From assembly GCA_050613775.1 (NCBI GenBank), contig JBODTK010000015.1, forward strand, positions 62,001-126,000: DNA of 64,000 nt. Direction: 5' to 3'. Shown here one piece after another: positions 1-10,494 of this stretch; position 1 is the stretch's first letter, and each line of letters begins with the position of its first letter. The translations under genes were made by a program, and so were the position numbers. The notes beneath the pieces are model-generated. The model was not told the origin of the DNA, ran no database searches, and saw only the letters and a program-made list of their open reading frames with translations. This stretch comes from Neocallimastix sp. 'constans'. Taxonomy: Eukaryota.

Positions 1-727
1 AAAATTATTATAAAATTATTAAAATTATTAATTAAATATTATTCTAAAAATTATTATAAATTATTAATATTATAAAATTATTAAAATTATTAAATATTAT
101 TATAAAAATTTATATATTATAACTATTAAATATTATTATAAAATTATTAAGATTATTAATTAAATTTATTATTAAAAATTATTATTAAAAATTTTTACTT
201 ATTATAAAAATTATTATTTAATTATAAAAATTTTATTTTATTTTGAAAATAATTACAAGTATTATTTAAAATAATTAAAGATTATTAAATTTATTATATT
301 AATCTTTAAAAACAATTTATTTAACTTAAAAATATCAAAGAAAATAGTAAAAACTATTTTCTATATATTTATTTTATAATTATTTTTAATTAAATTATAT
401 TTGAATATTATATTATTATATTTATAAAAATTAAAACAAAAATGAATTATTGATATAAAATTAATTCAATAATTCTATAAAATTATTTAAATTATAAACA
501 ATTAATTATACTTTAAATTTATAAAAAAATATAAATATTGTAACAATTTCTTAAAAATTAAATATGTGTACTTTAAATAAAAAGTTTTATATTAATAAAA
601 AAAAAAATAAATAAATAACTTTTAAAAAAAGAATTTTTTTTTTTTTTTTATTTAAAATCAAAGCAGGGTAATAACCGTCCCCCCCTGCTTGATTTTAAAT
701 ATCTAAGTGTCAACCCCGAGTCTACCA
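1..727 (+). repeat. LTR of family A (TGGTAAAG...CTACCA), cut by the window start
   Basis: Matches 24768-25854, 31935-32746 and 38943-39863; ends CCCCGAGTCTACCA and carries the U5 hairpin AAAATCAAAGCAGGG...CCCTGCTTGATTTT. Confidence 0.9.
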
Positions 728-731
728 TTGA

Positions 732-1369
732 TGATACGGAACTAACTAATAATTCGTATTATACTATTGGAAATTATAATTAAGTTTAATAACTTTATGT
801 ATTAAATATTTTAAACTATTTTTATAATTCCAAAATTTTATTCTTAATTTAAAATAATTATATAAATTATCAAATTAAATTGATTAATGACTAATTATTA
901 AAAAATCATTATTTAATTAAATTGATTAATGACTAATTATTAAATAATTATTATCTTATATTAATTAAATTGTTTTATTATTATATTTAATTATTATTAA
1001 TATTAAATTGTTTCAAGAATTATATTATCAAAAATATTACCAATAATTTTATTGTTAAATTTTTTAATTTTATCATTAATAATATTTGTCATTAAAGATA
1101 ATATTAATTATATTAGTATTAATATTTTTATTATTAAAATAACTCTTAAAAAATATTATTTATAATCACATGTAATAATTATACTAATAAGAATTAAAAT
1201 AATTTAAATTATTATAAAAATTCATGTAGTAAAAAAGTATAAAAGAAAAAGAAAATACTTAATAAAAAATCAGGTGTTAAAAAAATAAAAAAAACGGAAA
1301 GTGAAATTAAATTATTAACTAATATATTATTTTCATTTTTTTTTTGAAGTTTATTGTGTACCTGCACCA
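732..1369 (+). repeat. 5' LTR of element 1
   Basis: Direct repeat of 6348-6985 with TG...CA termini. Confidence 0.96.
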
Positions 1370-1372
1370 AAT

Positions 1373-1389
1373 TGGCGAGCTATGCAGGA
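1373..1389 (+). promoter_or_regulatory. Primer-binding site, probably tRNA-Arg
   Basis: TGGCGAGCTATGCAGGA 3 nt after the LTR; resembles the complement of tRNA-Arg(ACG) 3' ends (from memory, not checked against host tRNAs). Confidence 0.7.
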
Positions 1390-1511
1390 CACAAAGAAAA
1401 TAATATGAAAAATTAATAATTTAAATGAATATTAAGAAATTTTAATTATAAAAAGAAAAAAATTAATTCTATATTAAAAATAATATAATAAAATAAATTA
1501 AATTGCCAAGA

Positions 1512-2396
1512 ATGAAAATCTTAGAACTTGAGGAACTACTACCTAGGCTTGATGAAGATGCTAGAGACGTTGATATCTGGGCCGAAGAATTCACAAGATT
1601 AATGAAATTAGCTGGTATTAACAATCCAGCTAGCATTCATACCTGGGCGACTGAATGTGTTGAGGGCAAACTCAGGGGAATCTTACAAGATCTGGTGAAA
1701 GTCAATGAAGATGAAGAAGAAGAATTTCCTTCTATGAAAAAAATAAAAGAAGCTTTAGAAGAAGCCTTAGAAATCACTCCACAGGATAAATGTAAAAGAT
1801 TACAAAGATTAAAAATAAAAAGAGGAGAAAGTATTAAAAATTTTAATTGGCGATATAAAAAACTTTACAACAATTTACCAAGACTTTATCAATCTTTCAT
1901 AACAGTGGAGGATTATACTGAATCCATTTCATACCGACCTTTTGCTAGAGCCCAGGTTATAACTCAAAGATGTGTAGATCTCGAGGATGCATTTGAGGAA
2001 GCGGAATTAGCCGAAAGAGCCGAAGAGAGGAAAGAAACAAATGAAACTGTAATGTCTACTTTATATACTCGGGGGGTTTATTCAAACTTTTCTCAATCAA
2101 ATAGAACTGGGAAACATCCTTTTAGACAATTTTCTGCCAATAATTATATAGAAGTTAACAACCCCAAAAGAAATACGAGAAGTCGCACTAATGATAAACT
2201 CTTAAATAAGAATCCAAAATACGAGACTAACAATACATATAAAAGAACATATAAGTGTTTCAGATGTAACCAGGAAGGTCATGGTGTCAAGCAATGCCCT
2301 TATTCATTTAAGGAATTAGCTGAGTTAGAGGAAAAAGGTCAGATTTCAAAGGAATCTTTAAACTCCCAAATGGAAGAAGGAAAACTTCCCTTATAA
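1512..2396 (+). CDS. gag: Gag of element 1 with CCHC zinc knuckle
   Basis: First ATG at 1512; CFRCNQEGHGVKQC; follows the PBS. Confidence 0.9.
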   Translation: MKILELEELLPRLDEDARDVDIWAEEFTRLMKLAGINNPASIHTWATECVEGKLRGILQDLVKVNEDEEEEFPSMKKIKEALEEALEITPQDKCKRLQRLKIKRGESIKNFNWRYKKLYNNLPRLYQSFITVEDYTESISYRPFARAQVITQRCVDLEDAFEEAELAERAEERKETNETVMSTLYTRGVYSNFSQSNRTGKHPFRQFSANNYIEVNNPKRNTRSRTNDKLLNKNPKYETNNTYKRTYKCFRCNQEGHGVKQCPYSFKELAELEEKGQISKESLNSQMEEGKLPL

Positions 2397-5300
2397 AAAC
2401 CATAAATGATACTGAAACTGATGATATCGTAGCAGCTGTCACTAGGCAAACAAGACAATTAAATACAAAAAAGAAACCTTACGATAAACATCAGAAAATA
2501 GCCACATTAAAAGAAAATCCTCAACCAATAAAAATGCTTTCGAAATCACAAACAAATGATCGAAAAATGGAAGTAGAAGTAGAAAATATTAATAATGAAC
2601 CAAAAAGTAACAATGAAGAAGAACCCTTAAATAACTCAAAAAATAGAGAAGAAACGGAAACCTTAAAAGAAATTGACTTGCCTGTGATTGCCAACCCATC
2701 AATAAACAAAGCAAAAAGGGATTCAAAGAAGGAAAGAATATCAGAAATAATGGATAAGAAACCCGAAGAAGAAGAAATGAGAAAAAAGGTTACAGCTAAA
2801 CTACCCAGTACTCAAATGGAAGAAAAGAAGAATAAATGCGAAAGATTAAAAAATGATAAAAATAAAGAAGAAATGAGAATCGAAAATAATAATGAAGAGA
2901 ATCCAAATAACAAAAAGGAGAAGCACATTATTCTAATGGAAAACCAAGCAAAGTACGATCTTGTAACTGATTTAACATCTACCACAGCTAATATAACTCT
3001 GGCTCAATTGTTGGATATAAGTCCAAAATTACGAGCTCAACTTAATAAATTGTTAAAGCTAAAAGAAACACCTCATAACGGAAAAATGGAAGAAATGGTA
3101 TTATCTACTGTCTCAAGGAAGGATATAGCTACTACTAAATGTAAAATTAACGGAGAAGATGGATTCGCCTTTTTAGATACATGTGCAAGCATCAACATAA
3201 TAACGAGTAAGTTTTTAGGCAAGTTGAAAAATATAAAACCATTTGGTTATACAACTAACAATATTATACAGGTAACTTCGAAGACCCACATATCCTCTGA
3301 ATTATATCATTTAACAGTTGAATTCAACGATTTCATTATTCAAGACGTATTTAGAGTAATAGAACATGATCAGGATCTGTTTGATATCTTGATAGGTTTC
3401 AGGACCTTAAAGGATAATAATTTATTCATTAATCCTATTCGTAATAGTCTATGTAAAATGAAGAAAGATGGTACATTTACAACAATCTCAGCTTTAGAAA
3501 TAGATGAAGAAGAAAAAGAAATAGATGAAGAAGTAAAAATTGAAGAAACTGAAATGCAAGATAATCCAGATTCCATGTTATTTTGTTTCATAAACAAAGA
3601 ATCATCAGAAATACAGAATGCAATTACGATTAAGGAAAATAAAAAAGACAAAGAAGAAAATACAATCATTGAAGAAAAGAAGACAAGAATTGAACAAATT
3701 ATAAAAAATACAATAGAAGTAGTTAGAGGCCGATTCAAGGAACTATTAAAAGATAATATTGAAATCTTAGCAATAAAAATAGATGAATTAGGTTCAACAA
3801 AGTTATTACCGCACCATATCAGTTTAGAAGAAAATACGATTCCAATCAAACAAAAAGCTTATCGATTATCTAAAGTACAAGCAGACGCCCTGAAGGAAGA
3901 GCTAATTAAATTACTGAACAACCATTTAATTGAACCATCCAGTTCACCATGGTCTTCTCCAGTTATTCTTGTAAGGAAGAAGAATAATAAATGGAGAATG
4001 TGTATAGATTTTCGGAAGCTCAACAACGTTACTATTAAAGACGCTTATTCTCTGCCACTAATAGATGATATACTTTTCTCAATCGGAAAGAAAGTTAAAG
4101 TATTTTCAACAATAGATTTATTCTCCGGCTTTTATCAAATTCCAATGTTCCATGAAGACATTCCCAAAACAAGTTTTACAACAATGTACGGTAATTACCA
4201 ATTCCGGGTAATGCCGTTTGGTTTATGCAATGCCCCAGGAACCTTCCAGAGAGAGATGAACAGGATATTTTTTCCGCTCATTGGGAAGTGTATGTTTATA
4301 TATATCGATGATTTAATCATATTCTCTCCAACTTTTGAACAACACATAGAAGATTTAAAGAAAGTATTTGATATCCTAAAGGATAATGGATTAAAAATCA
4401 ATCTCGACAAATGTGATTTTTTCAAGGAATCAGTTGAATTATTAGGCCACACAGTATCAATTGAAGGAATATCACCAATTAATAAAAAAATTGAGATTAT
4501 ACGTGAATGGTTACCTCCTACCAACATCACGCAATTACAATCATTTCTTGGAGCAGTAGGTTATTATAGGAAGTTTATATACAACTTTGCAACAATTGCC
4601 AAACCTCTATTTAAACTACTTAAAAAGAATGTAAAATTCTCTTGGGAAGCTGTTCAACAAGAGAGCTTTGAAGAACTTAAACGAAGATTAATCACAGCCC
4701 CTATTTTATCAATGCCTGATTTCGACAAACAATTTATAATCAGGACAGATGCCTCAAAAGATGGAATAGGTGGAGTCCTGATACAAAAAGATGAAAATAA
4801 TATCGAAAAACCAATACATTATATGAGCAGAACTTTGAAACCAGCTGAAGTAAACTATGGGATTACAGATTTAGAAGGAGCTGCCGCCGCTTTTTGTGTT
4901 AAAAAATTTAAATCCTATATTTCGGGAAGTAAATTCGAAATATTGTTGTTCACAGATCACAAACCATTAATAAGTATATTCAAAAGTAAAGAAACCTTAA
5001 ATGCCAGACAGTCAAGATGGGTAATTATGTTCTCTATGTTAAAAGTTAAAGTCATTTACGAACCAGGAAAACGTAATGTATTAGCGGATGCGTTATCTCG
5101 ACTTAGATCAAAACCATCGGAAGTAATAGCTACCTATTTAGAAGAAATTAATACAGGAAAAAATTCGTTATTAAAGAAGTTTGAAGAAAAATTTTCAAGA
5201 ATAAACAATGAAGAATATTTTATAGATGGAGGCACATTCAGAAAAGTAATTAAAGAAGATAAAGAAAAAATTAAACTATTATTAGAAGCCCATAGGATAG

Positions 5301-6334
5301 GCCATGAGGGAATCTTCAAAACGTATAACAGGCTCAAACGTGATTACTATTGGAATAACATGGTCTTGGATGTAAAATACATAGTCAATACGTGTAAACA
5401 CTGCCAACTGTTCAAACCACAAACTTTCAATTCAAACACCGAACACATCCCAACAAAGCCGGGATTACCTTTTACCCAGGTAGGACTGGATATAGTAGGC
5501 CCTTTACCACAAACAAAAAATGGAAATCAGTATATCCTAGTATTAGTCGATTATTTAACAAAGTGGGTTGAAGCTGAACCCACTGTCAAGATTGAATCTG
5601 ATGATATAATAGGCTTCTTAACAAGAGTTTTCTCAAGACATGGAGTTCCCGAAATATTAATAACGGATAACGGTCCCCAGTTCAAGTCCGACAAAACTAA
5701 AGCTTTCCTAGATTTATATGGTATTTATGTGCACTTTGTTTCTGTCTATCATCCTGAATCTAATGGTATGGTAGAAAACAGAAATAAAGAAATAGGAAAA
5801 TATCTAAGAATATTATGTAATGAAAATATAGAAAATTGGGATTTAATTCTACCAAGTGCTTTGTGGGCTCTCCGTACCTGCAAAAACGAAGTAACAAAAT
5901 TTTCAAGCTTTGAATTACTCTACGGCCGTCGTGACTTACAACCCTTCGAGCTATCTTTAAATCTGGATAAAAAAGAAAAAGGTGAAAGTATTACGGAATA
6001 CCTTATAAGAAAATTTGCTAAACATTACCAATGGATTCATGAAGCAATTAATAATATCACTACAGCCAACAAAATTTGGGAAGACAGAAGGAACCAGATG
6101 AAAAGAATGAAAGCCAACTACAATCCAGGAGACCTAGTATTAATACGATTAATAAACAGAAGAAAATTAGATCCTTATTTCGTAGGCCCACTGAAAATCA
6201 TCAAAAAGGAATTTAATACAGTTACTCTCGCAGATCCTATTACCGGCGAAATTTCTGATAGGAATGTACATCTAAAAAATATAGTTCCTTATAAATTATG
6301 TGAATTAGAGACTTCAGGGACGAAGTCTAAATAA
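2357..6334 (+). CDS. pol: Pol of element 1 (protease, RT, RNase H, integrase), entered by -1 frameshift
   Basis: The -1 frame is open from T_TTA_AAC (2357) into ORF 2534-6334; FLDTCAS, WRMCIDFR, MPFGL, YIDD, TDAS, HHCC, TDNG, GPL motifs. Confidence 0.95.
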   Translation, partial: FKLPNGRRKTSLIKTINDTETDDIVAAVTRQTRQLNTKKKPYDKHQKIATLKENPQPIKMLSKSQTNDRKMEVEVENINNEPKSNNEEEPLNNSKNREETETLKEIDLPVIANPSINKAKRDSKKERISEIMDKKPEEEEMRKKVTAKLPSTQMEEKKNKCERLKNDKNKEEMRIENNNEENPNNKKEKHIILMENQAKYDLVTDLTSTTANITLAQLLDISPKLRAQLNKLLKLKETPHNGKMEEMVLSTVSRKDIATTKCKINGEDGFAFLDTCASINIITSKFLGKLKNIKPFGYTTNNIIQVTSKTHISSELYHLTVEFNDFIIQDVFRVIEHDQDLFDILIGFRTLKDNNLFINPIRNSLCKMKKDGTFTTISALEIDEEEKEIDEEVKIEETEMQDNPDSMLFCFINKESSEIQNAITIKENKKDKEENTIIEEKKTRIEQIIKNTIEVVRGRFKELLKDNIEILAIKIDELGSTKLLPHHISLEENTIPIKQKAYRLSKVQADALKEELIKLLNNHLIEPSSSPWSSPVILVRKKNNKWRMCIDFRKLNNVTIKDAYSLPLIDDILFSIGKKVKVFSTIDLFSGFYQIPMFHEDIPKTSFTTMYGNYQFRVMPFGLCNAPGTFQREMNRIFFPLIGKCMFIYIDDLIIFSPTFEQHIEDLKKVFDILKDNGLKINLDKCDFFKESVELLGHTVSIEGISPINKKIEIIREWLPPTNITQLQSFLGAVGYYRKFIYNFATIAKPLFKLLKKNVKFSWEAVQQESFEELKRRLITAPILSMPDFDKQFIIRTDASKDGIGGVLIQKDENNIEKPIHYMSRTLKPAEVNYGITDLEGAAAAFCVKKFKSYISGSKFEILLFTDHKPLISIFKSKETLNARQSRWVIMFSMLKVKVIYEPGKRNVLADALSRLRSKPSEVIATYLEEINTGKNSLLKKFEEKFSRINNEEYFIDGGTFRKVIKEDKEKIKLLLEAHRIGHEGIFKTYNRLKRDYYWNNMVLDVKYIVNTCKHCQLFKPQTFNSNTEHIPTKPGLPFTQVGLDIVGPLPQTKNGNQYILVLVDYLTKWVEAEPTVKIESDDIIGFLTRVFSRHGVPEILITDNGPQFKSDKTKAFLDLYGIYVHFVSVYHPESNGMVENRNKEIGKYLRILCNENIENWDLILPSALWALRTCKNEVTKFSSFELLYGRRDLQPFELSLNLDKKEKGESITEYLIRKFAKHYQWIHEAINNITTANKIWEDRRNQMKRMKANYNPGDLVLIRLINRRKLDPYFVGPLKIIKKEFNTVTLADPITGEISDRNVHLKNIVPYKLCELETSGTKSK

Positions 6335-6347
6335 AGAAAGGGCGTCA

Positions 6348-6985
6348 TGATACGGAACTAACTAATAATTCGTATTATACTATTGGAAATTATAATTAAG
6401 TTTAATAACTTTATGTATTAAATATTTTAAACTATTTTTATAATTCCAAAATTTTATTCTTAATTTAAAATAATTATATAAATTATCAAATTAAATTGAT
6501 TAATGACTAATTATTAAAAAATCATTATTTAATTAAATTGATTAATGACTAATTATTAAATAATTATTATCTTATATTAATTAAATTGTTTTATTATTAT
6601 ATTTAATTATTATTAATATTAAATTGTTTCAAGAATTATATTATCAAAAATATTACCAATAATTTTATTGTTAAATTTTTTAATTTTATCATTAATAATA
6701 TTTGTCATTAAAGATAATATTAATTATATTAGTATTAATATTTTTATTATTAAAATAACTCTTAAAAAATATTATTTATAATCACATGTAATAATTATAC
6801 TAATAAGAATTAAAATAATTTAAATTATTATAAAAATTCATGTAGTAAAAAAGTATAAAAGAAAAAGAAAATACTTAATAAAAAATCAGGTGTTAAAAAA
6901 ATAAAAAAAACGGAAAGTGAAATTAAATTATTAACTAATATATTATTTTCATTTTTTTTTTGAAGTTTATTGTGTACCTGCACCA
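6348..6985 (+). repeat. 3' LTR of element 1
   Basis: Direct repeat of 732-1369. Confidence 0.96.
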
Positions 6986-6989
6986 TTGA

Positions 6990-7740
6990 AGAATAAATAA
7001 TAAAATCTGAACAGAAATTGTTATGTAAGTTTACCTAAAAAAAAACTTAACCCTTCAAATAAATAATTAATTAAATTATTATATAAAATTGTTTTTCTTT
7101 ATACTCATTGAACTCGTCTATATTTTAAAAAAATCATTATTTTCACAAAACTATTAATAATTATTAGTGTTTTTTAAAATAATTTTATACATTATGATTA
7201 AAGAATAATATAATATTCTATTATTAATTATTTTAATAATATTAATTTATATTTATTATTAATATTCTAGTCTTTTTATCAATATTCAATATATTACTAT
7301 TTATAATAATTCCTTTATTACTATCTATATTAAATTTTAAATAACTCTTTTTTAAATAAATAATTTAAATAATAAATTTATTAATATTACTTATTTTTAA
7401 ATTTTTAAATTGTTTTACTAAATTATTCTACCAGAAATAGAATAGTTTTTTATGTTTATATACATTTTTTTCTTATTAAAAGTAAAAAAAAATTAACCAA
7501 TGTAAAAAAAATTTACAATAAAACAAATATTATCTTAAATATAGAATCTTTTTCTTCTTTTTATATTATATTTTTCTATCTTTTATAAATATATTTTAAC
7601 TAATCAAAGTTTTAATATCATTTTTCAATAATTGTAATAAAAAAAAAAATAATAATTATATTAATAATCTTTATATATATATATATATATAAATTTTTTT
7701 ATTAAAAATTGAATTAAAAATAATAATATAAAGTCAAAAA
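6990..7740 (-). repeat. tRNA-Met downstream flank repeat, copy 1
   Basis: Homologous to 23461-24119 and, inverted, to 57056-57965 and 59630-60557 (e.g. CAGAAATTGTTATGTAAGTTTACCTAAAA). Confidence 0.85.
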
Positions 7741-7813
7741 TGCAAATTGTGAGGTTCGAACTCACGACCTTAAGATTATAAGACTTACGCGCTGCCGACT
7801 GCGCCAACTTCGC
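7741..7813 (-). tRNA. tRNA-Met-derived gene with anticodon changed CAT to TAT; possible pseudogene
   Basis: Reverse complement of 56978-57050 except C34T and two acceptor-stem changes; A/B boxes intact; T5 terminator at 7736-7740. Confidence 0.88.
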
Positions 7814-8332
7814 TTCTTTTTGCTTTGATAAATAACAAAATTAATAAATCTTAAAAATATATTATACATAAAATCGAAACTAACCTTAGCCAAGTTTAAT
7901 AATAATTTAATAAAATAAAAAAAAAAAAAAAAAAATTTAAAAATTAATTAATTAATTAATTAAATAAAACAAATAAATTACACTTAAAAATTACATTAAT
8001 ACTCAGATATGAAAGAAATATTATATATTTTTCAAAATAAAAATATTAAGATTAAATTTAAAATAAAATAATTAATTTTTATAATTAGTTTTATAATAAT
8101 TTTTATAATTAATTTTATAATTAAATAATATTTTTATAATAATAAAATTAATTTAAATAACAAAATATTTTTAATTATTTTTATAATAAACAAATTTATT
8201 TATTTTATTATTAATTATTTATTTTATTATTAATTTTATTACTTTTATTTTATTTAATTATTCTTTTTATTTATAAATTATAAATAGTTTAATTTTAAAG
8301 AAAAATATAAATACTTGTAAATATTTCATGTA

Positions 8333-8364
<32 letters not shown>

Positions 8365-8598
8365 ATTTTATAATTTTAATAATCACTTTTAATTTTTATA
8401 ATGTTTAATAAATTTCAATAAAAGATTTATAAAATAAAATATTAGAAAACAAGTGTTCTAATAAATCAAATTTTTAGTGTTATTTTTAATAAAACATTTT
8501 TAATTCATAAATAACTTATACAGTTATTATTAAAATAAATTGAAATTATCACTTTTTAATTCTATATTAAAATTAAGATAATTTCTAAAATTTATCAG

Positions 8599-8615
8599 TG
8601 GTCCTTCGAACCGGA
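8599..8615 (+). promoter_or_regulatory. Primer-binding site, probably tRNA-Tyr
   Basis: TGGTCCTTCGAACCGGA 1 nt after the LTR; resembles the complement of tRNA-Tyr 3' ends. Confidence 0.75.
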
Positions 8616-9324
8616 GAGGAAGCTAACTTATTATTAATAAGTATTATTTATTAACACTAGAGTATGAACTAGTATAAAAATTCATAATAATAAAATAAAG
8701 GATAAATAATATTTATTATATAATAATAATTAAAAATTAAAACTAGAGTATGAACTACTATAAAAATTCATAATTTAAAATTAAAAATAAAATATATATA
8801 TATATGTATATATATATAATAATATAATAATAATATAATAAATAGAAATTAAATTAATATTGGGAAGAAAGCCATTTATATTAAGAAGAAAATAATAAAT
8901 AAATAGGAAAAGAACGACAAATATAAGGAAAGGAAACGATAGATAATATTTTGAAAAAAAAAAAAAAAAAAAAAAATTCTATTTTAATTTTAAAGAATTA
9001 TATAGGTTTATATTTTATTAATCATAAACTATTGGAGCTTGACTCTAGGTCGCGATTAATAAGATATAAATTAGAGTAGCAAGAGAGAGTATTGGGTCCT
9101 GATTATAGAGAGTAGAGGTTAGACAGAACTGAAAATTGTACTGGAGAGTAATTGATTGGTTATATCGATACTTTGGTGAGAGATCCAGAGAAACGGAAAA
9201 CTTTATAACCAGTCGAATGAAAACAGCACAAGAGAGTAAGTAGAGTCTAATGAGGTCGAAAATATAATCAGAACGCCAAGAAAATCTATTACTGCTACAT
9301 ATATAATTCGAGGTTCTTAAATAA

Positions 9325-9394
<70 letters not shown>

Positions 9395-9600
9395 ATAATA
9401 ACTAATTAAAGAAACGTATAATAAGTGAATGAATAAATATATTGAAATTGAATATATAAAATTTTAATTAATTAAAAATTTGATTAAATAATTAAATTTA
9501 AATATATAAATATTTTGTTAGCGAATAAATTATTATATAAAATAAAGTATATAAATTATATTAAAGAGAAAACAAAAATACTTCTAAATTCCAGAGTAAA

Positions 9601-10494
9601 ATGTCCGATTTAAAATCAATTAATTTCAACAGAATTCCTATATTAGGTCAACCGACTGTAGAATTTGATGATTGGAATTTCTCATATACTCGTTGGTGTA
9701 ATTCCAATAAAATTGACGAAGAAGAAAAGATAGAATGTTTAATTTCAATTACTACTGGTATTGCAAGAAAGATAGTAATAAATTCATTAAATAAAACTAC
9801 CCCAGATAAATATGATACCATTATAAGTAAATTACAGGAACATTACAAGGGTCCTCTTCCTAAAAATTCAAGGTTATTAGAACTTTCAACAGCTACAATT
9901 AAGAAAGGTGAAAGTGTTGCAGAATTCAACATAAGGTTTGAAACACTTTTAAATAAAATTAGAATTGATTTAAATAAGGAAGTTATAATCTCTTATTATA
10001 TTAATGCATTTCGGACTTTAACTAAAACCTATGAGGCTTTATTAGAAGCAGAACCGCAAAACTTAAAAGATGCAATGCAAATAACGTCTAAAAAGGAGAA
10101 GATATATAAATTAGTAGAATCAAATAGGTCTAAAGATAAAGGAGAATCAAACAAAAGAAAAATAAAATCTAACACTCAAAATGATTATGGAACATATTAT
10201 ACAAGTACTTATAATAAAAATAATTCATTTAATAATAAGAATAATAATATAAATAATAGTCACAACAATAATTACCAAAAATATAATAATAATATAAAAC
10301 CTACTCATAATTATATTAATCAAAATGTTGAAAATAGAAAAGTCACATTGAAACCTACACAACTTCAAGATGATGAATTACAAGAAATAACTCAGAAACT
10401 TGCTGATTTAAAAATCAATGTATGCTTAAATTGTCAAAGAATAGGTCATGTTAAAGATGATTGCCCTGAATTAGAAGAAGAGTGTTTAAATTAA
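9601..10494 (+). CDS. gag: Gag of element 2 with CCHC zinc knuckle
   Basis: CLNCQRIGHVKDDC; capsid-like IKKGESVAEFNIRF. Confidence 0.9.
   Translation: MSDLKSINFNRIPILGQPTVEFDDWNFSYTRWCNSNKIDEEEKIECLISITTGIARKIVINSLNKTTPDKYDTIISKLQEHYKGPLPKNSRLLELSTATIKKGESVAEFNIRFETLLNKIRIDLNKEVIISYYINAFRTLTKTYEALLEAEPQNLKDAMQITSKKEKIYKLVESNRSKDKGESNKRKIKSNTQNDYGTYYTSTYNKNNSFNNKNNNINNSHNNNYQKYNNNIKPTHNYINQNVENRKVTLKPTQLQDDELQEITQKLADLKINVCLNCQRIGHVKDDCPELEEECLN

Larger units (their letters stand above)
732..6985 (+). mobile_element. Full-length Ty3/Gypsy LTR retrotransposon, element 1, apparently intact
   Basis: Two 638-bp LTRs (TGAT...ACCA) that look identical; TSD TTGA at 728-731 and 6986-6989; PBS, gag, PR-RT-RH-IN pol, purine tract AAAGAAAGGG before the 3' LTR. 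Confidence 0.97.

Noticed and set aside
2521..5337. Short antisense or alternate-frame ORFs inside pol regions (also in elements 2-5)
   Set aside because: Hydrophobic shadows of A-rich coding strands, with no motifs.
9247..9261. Hammerhead-like CTAATGAG..CGAAA
   Set aside because: The core is not CTGANGA, there is no stem II, and I found no matching stems I and III.
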